From an uncultured bacterium (GTDB lineage Bacteria; Bacteroidota; Bacteroidia; Bacteroidales; CAIXTV01), in NCBI GenBank assembly GCA_903922465.1, contig CAIXTV010000021.1, forward strand, positions 91 to 64,090: DNA of 64,000 nucleotides. Direction: 5' to 3'. How positions within the stretch are numbered: position 1 is the first letter of the stretch; every line of letters begins with the position of its first letter. Shown piece after piece: positions 9,431-17,914 of the stretch. Below the pieces are notes generated by a model. The model was given only the letters and a program-made list of their open reading frames with translations, ran no database searches and was not told where the DNA came from. Both the position numbers and the translations under genes were made by a program.

Positions 9431-10285
9431 ATGGAAAATTCAAATAAACCAAATTCTTATCAAATCGAAGACCCTATAAACAAGGGAGAAGTTATTGTAA
9501 CTTGGATTATGACCCATGCATGTCAAGAAAATTGTGGCTATTGTATTAGTCCAACTAAAACTGATGAACTTTCAACAGAAATTGAGCATTTTACTATTCA
9601 AAATAAACTTATCAAAGATGGACTGACAAAAATGAGATACATTGGAGGAGAACCACTCATAATCAAACATTTTCCAAAATTAATAGCAAGTGCTTATGAT
9701 AGCGGTGTTAATACACGATTGAGCACGAATGGTATTCTTCTTGTGGCTAATAAATTTGATAAGATTAAACCATTTATCAATTCTATTGCTTTGCCATTTG
9801 AATCTCTAAATGATGAGATTAATACACAAATAAGAGGTAATAGATTACATCGACGCATTATATCATCACGAATTGATATGATACAAGACGCTGGAAATAT
9901 TGGTATATTAATTAACACTTGTGTCCATAAAGAAAATATTGATGAACTTGAGGCATTAGGTGGATTTCTTAGTGAAAAAAAAGTAAATCATTGGAAATTA
10001 AGACGATTTAATTCTTCAAGCGGTCGTGGTGCTATACCTAATAAAGATAGATTTGATATTACAGATGAAGCATTTTTTCAAAAAGTAGATTTATTAAAAA
10101 GGACTTATCCTGATTTGAAAATCGATGGAAGATTGCCATCAAAGTTAGAAACACGATTGATGGTTTCTCCACAAGGATTGCTATATAGAATGGTTGGATC
10201 TGACGAAGAAAACGTTCATTATGGAAAAGTAACAGATCGAAAAATAAATGTAGGGATTATATCTGTAAGAGATCGTTGTGATTAA
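9431..10285 (+). CDS. Radical SAM enzyme, viperin/MoaA-like (single 4Fe-4S cluster)
   Basis: The CX3CX2C motif is THACQENCGYC. It is followed by MRYIGGEPLI, TRLSTNGILL, SIALPFESLNDEINTQIRGN, ILINTCVHKENIDE and VNHWKLRRFN. Viperin blocks as I recall them occur in the same order: CNYKCGFC, INFSGGEPFL, VSIVSNGSLI, LAISCDSFDEEVNVLIGRG, FKINSVINRFNVEED, PVRWKVFQCL. There is no C-terminal Cys cluster. Confidence 0.65.
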   Translation: MENSNKPNSYQIEDPINKGEVIVTWIMTHACQENCGYCISPTKTDELSTEIEHFTIQNKLIKDGLTKMRYIGGEPLIIKHFPKLIASAYDSGVNTRLSTNGILLVANKFDKIKPFINSIALPFESLNDEINTQIRGNRLHRRIISSRIDMIQDAGNIGILINTCVHKENIDELEALGGFLSEKKVNHWKLRRFNSSSGRGAIPNKDRFDITDEAFFQKVDLLKRTYPDLKIDGRLPSKLETRLMVSPQGLLYRMVGSDEENVHYGKVTDRKINVGIISVRDRCD

Positions 10286-10993
10286 GTGCAAAATAAAATG
10301 GATATTAAAAATTCTAATACATGTAAGTATTATCTCCACATTGAAGGAATGGATTTAGCTGGGAAATCAACAGTATCTAAAACATTTGCTCAAACAAGTG
10401 AAATAAAATGGATTATCAATGATAAAAGATTAACGCAAGACAATCCGATTTATGATTTTGCTATAGGGCTTTCAAAAAAAGGCGGATTCGACAGTGAAAC
10501 TTTAGGGTACATGTATCTAGCTGCGTTGACACAAGATATAATCAACTTTAAATTAGATGCTAACATTATTCAAGATTCGACTCTTTTATTACGTTCTCTT
10601 AATTATTATAAAAATGTGAATCTAAACAATGAATTAGCTCAAGCCTTTTCTAAACTTATACAGCAACACCCAACACCAAATAAATCTTTCTATCTAACGG
10701 CTGATATTTGTTCGCGACGCCAACGCTTAGCACAAAGAATAGAAATAGAACCTGAAAAATTAACCTCAATGGATCTATTAATTCAGAATGATCCTAACAG
10801 ATTTATGCAGATTGATGAATCTCTTCAAAATATTTCTGTTAATATTTTTAATTCAGAGGTCATTGATACATCAAAAATGAGTATTATGGAAGTAGTTAAA
10901 TGTATACAATTGGGTTGTTCTGCTTCGATACAAAGAATTGTATTAGGCCAAGGTATTACGAACCGGAGGGGTGATGCAAATGGAAGAAAGTAA
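10286..10993 (+). CDS. Thymidylate-kinase / deoxynucleoside-kinase-like P-loop nucleotide kinase
   Basis: The P-loop HIEGMDLAGKST resembles Tmk IEGxxGxGK(S/T)T. A GTG start abuts the rSAM stop, with an alternative ATG at 10298. The 3-prime end overlaps the next gene by 23 nt. Confidence 0.6.
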   Translation: MQNKMDIKNSNTCKYYLHIEGMDLAGKSTVSKTFAQTSEIKWIINDKRLTQDNPIYDFAIGLSKKGGFDSETLGYMYLAALTQDIINFKLDANIIQDSTLLLRSLNYYKNVNLNNELAQAFSKLIQQHPTPNKSFYLTADICSRRQRLAQRIEIEPEKLTSMDLLIQNDPNRFMQIDESLQNISVNIFNSEVIDTSKMSIMEVVKCIQLGCSASIQRIVLGQGITNRRGDANGRK

Positions 10994-11639
10994 TTGGAAT
11001 GAATTATATGCTAAATACATACAAGCTGAATTTAAAAGCTGGGATGAGTATTTTTCTATAAAAATGAAATTAAAAAAAAGATTTCTCAATTTGATTGTTA
11101 AGCACTCAACACCTAATAAGCCCGTATTAGAATGTGGGGCTGGAACTGGTAAATTTTCTGTATATCTTGCTTCGCTAGGTTTCAATACTTACGCTATAGA
11201 TTTAGAACGTGAAATGGTTGAACAAGCAAAACAATTATCAGACCTAGTTTGCCACCAAAACCCGGTAAAAGTTTTACAAGGGGATATTAGCTCTATTCCA
11301 TTTCATAATAAATTTTTTGCAGTATCCCATAGCAGTGGAGTTTTAGAACATTTCAGTGATTCAAAAATCATAGAACTTATTAATGAGCAGTTGCGTGTAT
11401 CGGACACGATTGTATTTAGTGTCCCTTCGCGTTATTTTGATAAAAGAATGCAAGGTAATGAACGTTTTTTGACAAAACAAGAATGGAGAAATATCATTTC
11501 AAACAGTAATGCCAAAATCATCAATGAAACGGGATATCATTATAAAACGCTAAAATATCGAATGTATGATACAATTAAAAATCCAAAACAAATTTTTAAA
11601 CCTATCGCACTGTTTGCGTTTGTTTTAAAGGAGAAATAA
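10971..11639 (+). CDS. Class I SAM-dependent methyltransferase
   Basis: Motif I is VLECGAGTGKFSVYLA. Post-I acidic residue is in AIDLEREMV. GVLEHFSD is typical of the Methyltransf_11/25 type. Confidence 0.8.
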   Translation: MMQMEESNWNELYAKYIQAEFKSWDEYFSIKMKLKKRFLNLIVKHSTPNKPVLECGAGTGKFSVYLASLGFNTYAIDLEREMVEQAKQLSDLVCHQNPVKVLQGDISSIPFHNKFFAVSHSSGVLEHFSDSKIIELINEQLRVSDTIVFSVPSRYFDKRMQGNERFLTKQEWRNIISNSNAKIINETGYHYKTLKYRMYDTIKNPKQIFKPIALFAFVLKEK

Positions 11640-11640
11640 T

Positions 11641-12189
11641 ATGATATATCTAGTACGTCATGGACAAACCGATTGGAATTCAGAAGGAAAGAATCAAGGT
11701 CAAACCGATATTGAGCTTAATCCAGAAGGGATTATACAGGCTGAAATCCTTAAAAAAGAGCTTAAAGATATCGATTTTGATATCGTTTTTTCCAGTCCTT
11801 TAAAACGCGCTTTAAAAACCGCACAAATTATTCATCAGGGCTCTATTATTACTGATAATCGTTTAATGGAAAGATGTAATGGAGAATTAGAAGGTAAATA
11901 TAAAGAGTATCAAGTAGTAGATTTTACAGATCCTAAGGAGACTAGGTTTAATATTGAAGCACTACCTATTTTTAGAAAAAGAATAGTAGATTTTTGGGAT
12001 GATGTATTAAAAAATCATGGTGATAAAAATGTATTAGTTGTTACTCATGCGGGTGTAGGGATATATAGCCAATGTTATTTTAAGGGTGAGCCTCAAAATG
12101 GTGATTATAAACAATATGTGATGAAAAATTGCGATATCATTAAGATAGATACCAGCAGGATTGTATCTTGCTGTAGAACAGGAAAATAA
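11641..12189 (+). CDS. Histidine phosphatase family protein (second copy)
   Basis: IYLVRHGQTDWN and VVTHAGVG. It starts 1 nt after the methyltransferase stop. Confidence 0.85.
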   Translation: MIYLVRHGQTDWNSEGKNQGQTDIELNPEGIIQAEILKKELKDIDFDIVFSSPLKRALKTAQIIHQGSIITDNRLMERCNGELEGKYKEYQVVDFTDPKETRFNIEALPIFRKRIVDFWDDVLKNHGDKNVLVVTHAGVGIYSQCYFKGEPQNGDYKQYVMKNCDIIKIDTSRIVSCCRTGK

Positions 12190-12223
12190 GATGGGGCTCT
12201 TTTTTTAAAATCTGAATAAACGA

Positions 12224-12772
12224 TTAAGATCTATCTTTCTGTATAGTTAATATATGTTCAATATGGGGTTGTAATATCTTTAATTTTTCTTTAATAAAGG
12301 TTGGATATGCTTCGTATTCTTGTAATTTATCAATGGGAAGCCATTCTAATACTTCTTTAATTCCATGTGTATAACTATCGCTGTTAAGTTGCTGTGTTCC
12401 GCGTGATTTCATTAAAAAATAAAAAGTAATTTCATGGCATGATAAACCCTTTAGTAGGCCATCTTCTCGTTTAAAAAAGTTCTCTTGTATAAAAGCAAGG
12501 CGATCTATTTCATAAGCGGTACCTGTTTCCTCTAACACTTCACGCAACACGGCTTGCTCAGCTGTCTCGCCTAAATGAATCCCCCCTCCAATTGAATAAT
12601 AATAATTTTCAGATTCATTTGTTGCAAACAGTATGCAATCATTTTCTATAATGATACCTGCTGCTCTTAATCTAAAACGGTTATTATCTTTGTCTTGGAA
12701 ACAACAATCAGGCGTATGCATGATAATTTCATTAGTTAGTTTCATTATAAAATGATAGGTAATTTTATTCAC
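12224..12772 (-). CDS. Nudix hydrolase
   Basis: Complete Nudix box GGGIHLGETAEQAVLREVLEETG. It is convergent with the rSAM operon. Confidence 0.85.
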   Translation of the reverse strand: MNKITYHFIMKLTNEIIMHTPDCCFQDKDNNRFRLRAAGIIIENDCILFATNESENYYYSIGGGIHLGETAEQAVLREVLEETGTAYEIDRLAFIQENFFKREDGLLKGLSCHEITFYFLMKSRGTQQLNSDSYTHGIKEVLEWLPIDKLQEYEAYPTFIKEKLKILQPHIEHILTIQKDRS

Positions 12773-13048
12773 AAATGTACAAAAATATCTTCAGTTGGCA
12801 CACATACGCATAAAAATCCATCCAATTAAAATAAACCCGAACCAATAGCGATCAAAGCAAAATATTTAATTACAAATTTTATATATCACTAACCCTCTGC
12901 TGTTTATATGCCATAAAACCTCAGTGCTTCTTAACTCACCGTTTCAGGTACAGCCAAACTTTTCGTCAAGCACTTTGACAGGAGCAGAGTAACCGAAATG
13001 ATCCTTTGGGAGTGAAATGCTTAAAATAGATTACTTAATATTTTTATG

Positions 13049-13345
13049 TATACTATGCTAAACTTTATTTACACTTGGAATAGCGTGATTATTCTTGATG
13101 TCCAGAGTTATATTATAATTTTAGTCAAGCCCTTATCGTCAAATAGGAACTTTTTTTATAAGAGACCTCTTTACTTTTTTTTAAAGATCTGTTTTGTTTA
13201 ATGAATGTATCTCTTTTTTAGTATTTTTGTTATGCAATTTTTTTATGTCAAATCTGTCAAAGCACCCATTTAAAGACGAATATTCAATATATTTGAATGA
13301 TAATAAACTTTTTATACCAGAAAAGTTATTAAGATATATTCATAC
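13049..13345 (+). repeat. Diverged direct repeat, copy B (leader plus 5-prime end of the intact TPR gene)
   Basis: See copy A (6606-6915). Confidence 0.75.
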
Positions 13346-14399
13346 ACAATTGAAGTTTATTCTTATTGAAAAATCAAATAAGAAATCATGGGATGCAATC
13401 AGTAATTACCTTACAGGTTATTTTAATAAGGATTTTAAAGAAAATCATTTTGACGTCTTTCAAATTTTGTTTTCTTCTGGCATTGGCATAAGTGCAGCTA
13501 ATATTGAAAGAGCTATAAGAGGCAAAAAAGGAGTTCAGAAAGTAAAAGTAAAATACGAATTAATAGATTTCTTGTGCTATGTTACTTGGGGTAAATCATT
13601 GATAGATAAATTATTTGATAGTAAAGAAAATTGGAATACTAAAATAATTCATGATGTTATTATTCCAGATTATGCATTAGATGAATTGAATAAGGTTAAA
13701 TATAAGGCACAGGACTTTTATAAAAACAGGTTAGAGGTTAATCCAAATAAATCTACCTTACATAATAATTACGCAAAATTACTTTATTCAAAATTTAATG
13801 ATATTAAAGAAGCTGAAAAACATTTTAATTTAGCAATTGAATTAAACCCTCAAAACTATGCGGCTCATTATAACTATGCGGTTTTCTTAAAAAATAAGAT
13901 GGCTGATTATGATGGAGCTAAGAAACACTACGAAATGGCTTTAGAAATTAATCCGTATAATGCGAGTATACATAATAACTATGCAAGTCTTCTCATAGAT
14001 TTTTTCAACGATGTGGATAAGGCTAAGATACATTACGAAAAAGCCTTAGCCAGCAATCCGTTATACTTTTTATATAATTTAAATTATGCTATCTTGCTTT
14101 CAGATTATCTTAATGAAAAGAAATTGGCAATTGTTTATTTTAAAAAGACCTTAGATATTGATCCTGAAAATTGTAATGCCCATCATCATTATGCAAATTT
14201 TCTTGCAAATAAACTAAACGATATGGGGGAAGCTAATAAACATTATAAAAGGGCTTTAGACATTAATCCTGAAAATATTACGGTTCACAAGAATTATGCG
14301 ATTTTTCTTACTGACAAACTGAATGATCCTAAGGAAGCGGATTTCCACAACAAGGAAGCACTCAGATTAATCAAAAACAGAATTAAGAAAACATCTTGA
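13245..14399 (+). CDS. TPR-repeat protein with a unique ~190-aa N-terminal domain
   Basis: About seven 34-aa repeats of the form NP.N...H.NYA.FL......D..A..HY..AL.INP. The ORF track starts at a TTG at 13194. ATG 13245 (MSNLSKHPF) is the likelier start. Confidence 0.8.
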   Translation: MSNLSKHPFKDEYSIYLNDNKLFIPEKLLRYIHTQLKFILIEKSNKKSWDAISNYLTGYFNKDFKENHFDVFQILFSSGIGISAANIERAIRGKKGVQKVKVKYELIDFLCYVTWGKSLIDKLFDSKENWNTKIIHDVIIPDYALDELNKVKYKAQDFYKNRLEVNPNKSTLHNNYAKLLYSKFNDIKEAEKHFNLAIELNPQNYAAHYNYAVFLKNKMADYDGAKKHYEMALEINPYNASIHNNYASLLIDFFNDVDKAKIHYEKALASNPLYFLYNLNYAILLSDYLNEKKLAIVYFKKTLDIDPENCNAHHHYANFLANKLNDMGEANKHYKRALDINPENITVHKNYAIFLTDKLNDPKEADFHNKEALRLIKNRIKKTS

Positions 14400-14470
14400 C
14401 TTATTTTTTTTAATGAATAATATAGTTTTTACGGGGAATAGAAATTCTATATTGAATTCTATTTCAAAAG

Positions 14471-14505
14471 CCCGCTTGGAATACCAAATTCCGGCGGGTT
14501 TTATT
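14471..14505 (+). terminator. Rho-independent terminator after the TPR gene
   Basis: The interrupted stem cccgc-tt-ggaat / attcc-g-gcggg is followed by TTTTATT. Confidence 0.55.
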
Positions 14506-14750
14506 ATTATAGGAAATTCTTTCTATAGAAACATTTATTCCTAATATACAATTGAAATAATATTTTGATTTTTTTAATTCCAAATCCGATTCAGTCATAT
14601 ATTAAATAATTCATTACTTTTGGAGGATGTTAAAGTAATACAATATATGCATAAGCGAAATTTTTTATTTGGATAAGGAAAACTGAGTTTTTCTAAAATA
14701 TTTATCGATTCTACCCATTATTTTTGACTTGAATTTTAAATCCTTAAACC

Positions 14751-16130
14751 ATGAAACTATTTGATCTTTTATATGAAAAGGGATTTCCTAAACTCACATT
14801 CAAAATTCTCTTAAAATTAAAAGTTGGAGATTATTTCGTAATTGCTCCACCCAATTCACATTCGTTCATAATCAAAAATAATGGTTTTGTTTTTAAAAAA
14901 CAATTTCGTTCAGATGAATTCTTTTTTTTATCTTCATTTGATTTACATGAAATTGAAATGATGCACTTCATTACAGTTGCAACAATAAACAGTCAGGCTT
15001 ATATTTTATCAGAAAACTATTTTATTAAAGAATCTATTTCAACCTATCTCGATATCGCGACAAACCCAACTAAATATCAAGACACTTTTAAAGTGTTTGA
15101 TACTTATTCCCTTCCACATGTTATTGAAAGTATTGGATACCTTAATCAAAATTATGCATACGGAAAATTAAATTCAATCAGAGAATTTCTTTCTGCAAAG
15201 AGCAATGACTATTCTCTTATAGACTTCATTTGGCAAAATATTTTCACTACCAACATCACAGATTATGATGCTGCTGAAATTCTTATGCAGAATCATAAAT
15301 TCAATATTCCAAATTCTGTAAGCATTATTATTCCATGCTTTGAATCTAACGACACAATTTCTAATACAGTTGAATCGGCCTTATTAGCATTATCCCTTCT
15401 TCCTCAATCATCTTTCAAAGAAATAATTGTTGTTGATGATTCAAGAACTCTCAATGTAAAATTCAAACAAAAGGAAATCAAGATAATTTCTTCTGATTTT
15501 AAGTTGCATTGTGGGGGAGCAAGAAATGTAGGAATGTCGGTAGCAAAAGGTGAAAATATTTTTTTAATTGACTCTGACACCTATATTGCCCAAAATTATT
15601 TGATAAATCATATCCTCCGACATAACTTTTTCCCAAACTTTATTTCGGTATCTATGCGAGAACAAATAAAAAATATCTCTATCCCAAAAGTAGAGCCTAA
15701 AATTAATTCAGACTCAAGGGTTGAAAAAACGTACAGCACAGAATGGAAAACATTGAACAGTATTTCTGAATCAACAACTGTTATGCCATTAAGTGAAACT
15801 AATAAATTCAAACACTTTGGTTTTGGGAAAAAACTTGGACCAACTGATTTACCTTTTATGGTTAAAGGAAATAATGCTTCATTTTCACGAAAGTCAATTG
15901 GTAATCTTTCATTCTGCAATAAATATGAAGGGTGGGGACCCGAAGATGTTTCTTTTGCAGCAAATCTTATTTCAAAAGGCTTTTTTGTATTACCGATTTT
16001 GTCAACAGGTGTATTTCATGTTGAACATTCGCCTCGTTCAGGAAGTTATGAACAAAAGGAAAAAGAATTGAAATTTAACTTAAATGTTCATGATTCAATT
16101 CTAAATAGTCACCCATACGAAACATGGTAA
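14751..16130 (+). CDS. Family 2 glycosyltransferase with an unknown ~190-aa N-terminal extension
   Basis: GT-A motifs VSIIIPCFESNDTISNTVESAL, EIIVVDDSR, GGARNVGM and IFLIDSDT (DxD). Confidence 0.75.
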   Translation: MKLFDLLYEKGFPKLTFKILLKLKVGDYFVIAPPNSHSFIIKNNGFVFKKQFRSDEFFFLSSFDLHEIEMMHFITVATINSQAYILSENYFIKESISTYLDIATNPTKYQDTFKVFDTYSLPHVIESIGYLNQNYAYGKLNSIREFLSAKSNDYSLIDFIWQNIFTTNITDYDAAEILMQNHKFNIPNSVSIIIPCFESNDTISNTVESALLALSLLPQSSFKEIIVVDDSRTLNVKFKQKEIKIISSDFKLHCGGARNVGMSVAKGENIFLIDSDTYIAQNYLINHILRHNFFPNFISVSMREQIKNISIPKVEPKINSDSRVEKTYSTEWKTLNSISESTTVMPLSETNKFKHFGFGKKLGPTDLPFMVKGNNASFSRKSIGNLSFCNKYEGWGPEDVSFAANLISKGFFVLPILSTGVFHVEHSPRSGSYEQKEKELKFNLNVHDSILNSHPYETW

Positions 16131-17257
16131 TGCAAACAAAAAATATTGACTTTGCATTTACTGACGGTTGGCATCCAACGGTTAATCCTTCCTCTCGAAT
16201 GCCTATTTATTATTTACGGCACAAGCAATTATTTCCGGGACACCCAATAATTCTAAATGAATTTCCAAGAACTAAAGGAGGTTCAACGTTTAGGTTTATA
16301 AGATTTCAAGAACCAACCTCACTTCAAAACATTATTGTAAAAGCTCAAAATACATTATTCGAGTTTATGCCTTGGTGGTTACCTTCCACATTATCAGATA
16401 GTTTTCTTTTTAAAATTTACGATAATATTCTAAAAAGTGATTCTGGAATAACATCATCTGAAAGACTTTGCATTGATGAATTTTACAGTGAATTAAAGGT
16501 AAAAGTATCTTCTGAATTATCAATTGGAGAATTGTTGAACTCAATAAATTTTGACAGATATAAAATCATTTTACCTAATTTGCCTGAAATCAATTGTATA
16601 AGTTTTTCAAAAAGTGTTTTCAAAAATATTTTTCAAGACATACTATCAATTAATCAAGAGAAGTTTTTTTATATTTTAAATCAACTTTGCAAAAGGCAAG
16701 AAATCACCTATTTGACGAAAGTTGCATTTTGCAACGACACTGATTATAATATATACAGAATTAGTTGGGTAGTGCCTGAAAGGCATTTTCACAAAATTAA
16801 GATTGATGTAAAGACGGGTGTAAATATTGGTAGTAGAGAAACCTATTCTTATGAAAGTTTTATCTCTGACATTGAATATGGACGTATTGTTTTAAGTTCA
16901 AAAATTTCATGCATAGCTGAATCACTTGCCTCACTAAGTGGTAAATTCTTTTTCCATTTTGGTAATACATATAATCATTTTGCAGAAATAGCAGCAATTT
17001 TTTCAGATAGCAGAGATTATAATTCACAAACAAAGTTTGTAAATTATTTTAATGATTATGAAGACACATGGAATTATGCTTACTTAAGATTTTCTGATGA
17101 TTATCCAATTCATTTATTTGACCTATTACCGTTGAATGACAACACAGTATTTCAGAAAATATATTCAATTGTGAATAATAGCTTTGAAACCAAATCTCCG
17201 TTTTGCATCCCAGCTACAATTAACTTGGCAGAATCAATCAACGCAGTAAATATCTAA
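16124..17257 (+). CDS. Hypothetical protein (no recognisable motif)
   Basis: 377-aa ORF. It overlaps the GT2 gene by 7 nt and abuts the next gene, so it is part of the operon. Confidence 0.55.
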   Translation: MVMQTKNIDFAFTDGWHPTVNPSSRMPIYYLRHKQLFPGHPIILNEFPRTKGGSTFRFIRFQEPTSLQNIIVKAQNTLFEFMPWWLPSTLSDSFLFKIYDNILKSDSGITSSERLCIDEFYSELKVKVSSELSIGELLNSINFDRYKIILPNLPEINCISFSKSVFKNIFQDILSINQEKFFYILNQLCKRQEITYLTKVAFCNDTDYNIYRISWVVPERHFHKIKIDVKTGVNIGSRETYSYESFISDIEYGRIVLSSKISCIAESLASLSGKFFFHFGNTYNHFAEIAAIFSDSRDYNSQTKFVNYFNDYEDTWNYAYLRFSDDYPIHLFDLLPLNDNTVFQKIYSIVNNSFETKSPFCIPATINLAESINAVNI

Positions 17258-17914
17258 ATGATACAGCAGAAACGACCATATTTGATTGAAGGATTAGATT
17301 GCTCTGGCAAAAAATCTGTTGCTCAACTTGTAAAAGCACAACTTGAAAATGAGTTTCATGTGCCAGTTAAATTAGTTGTTGGCTCATTTGTAAAATCTCC
17401 AATAAAGACTTTTGACAGAATTATTTCAAATCCAAGTAGGTTTTCAAAAAACAGTAGAATAGTTAAAAATCTAAAACAAATTATTTATACAATTGCACCA
17501 GTTATTGATTTCTATTTCTACATACCAAGTAAAAATAAAATTACAATCAAAATCAGTTCACATTTACGTGCTGAAGCCAAAGCTCTAATAGACAAAGATT
17601 TATTTATGATAAAATACTTTAAGAAGTTCAGAAATGTTTCAGTTAAATATCAGGGAGCAGTACTTCTTACATCATCTTTTGAAACAAGAATTTTAAGACA
17701 CAGGGCTGATGTAGGTTCAGATAAAACTAAAAAGGATGAAACAAAAAGATTTTATCAAAACAATCAGCAATTATTTCAAGAGTGGAACAATGCTTTGACA
17801 GATTTAATGAAACATGAAATTAGTTCTGTGAAAATTATCGAGAATGATAATATAAATTTAGAATATATTGCGGATGAAATAATAAACCACATTAAAAGTG
17901 TATACGGACAATGA
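17258..17914 (+). CDS. Thymidylate-kinase-like P-loop kinase (second copy in the island)
   Basis: P-loop YLIEGLDCSGKKS. It has similar size and layout to 10286-10993. Confidence 0.5.
   Translation: MIQQKRPYLIEGLDCSGKKSVAQLVKAQLENEFHVPVKLVVGSFVKSPIKTFDRIISNPSRFSKNSRIVKNLKQIIYTIAPVIDFYFYIPSKNKITIKISSHLRAEAKALIDKDLFMIKYFKKFRNVSVKYQGAVLLTSSFETRILRHRADVGSDKTKKDETKRFYQNNQQLFQEWNNALTDLMKHEISSVKIIENDNINLEYIADEIINHIKSVYGQ

Noticed and set aside
9431-10285. The radical SAM gene as QueE (7-carboxy-7-deazaguanine synthase) linked to the QueC-like qatC, or as MoaA
   Set aside because: It lies 27 kb from qatC on the other strand in a different operon, and its motif spacing is not QueE-like. MoaA was not fully excluded. 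However, the protein lacks the C-terminal auxiliary-cluster cysteines and no other molybdopterin genes are present.
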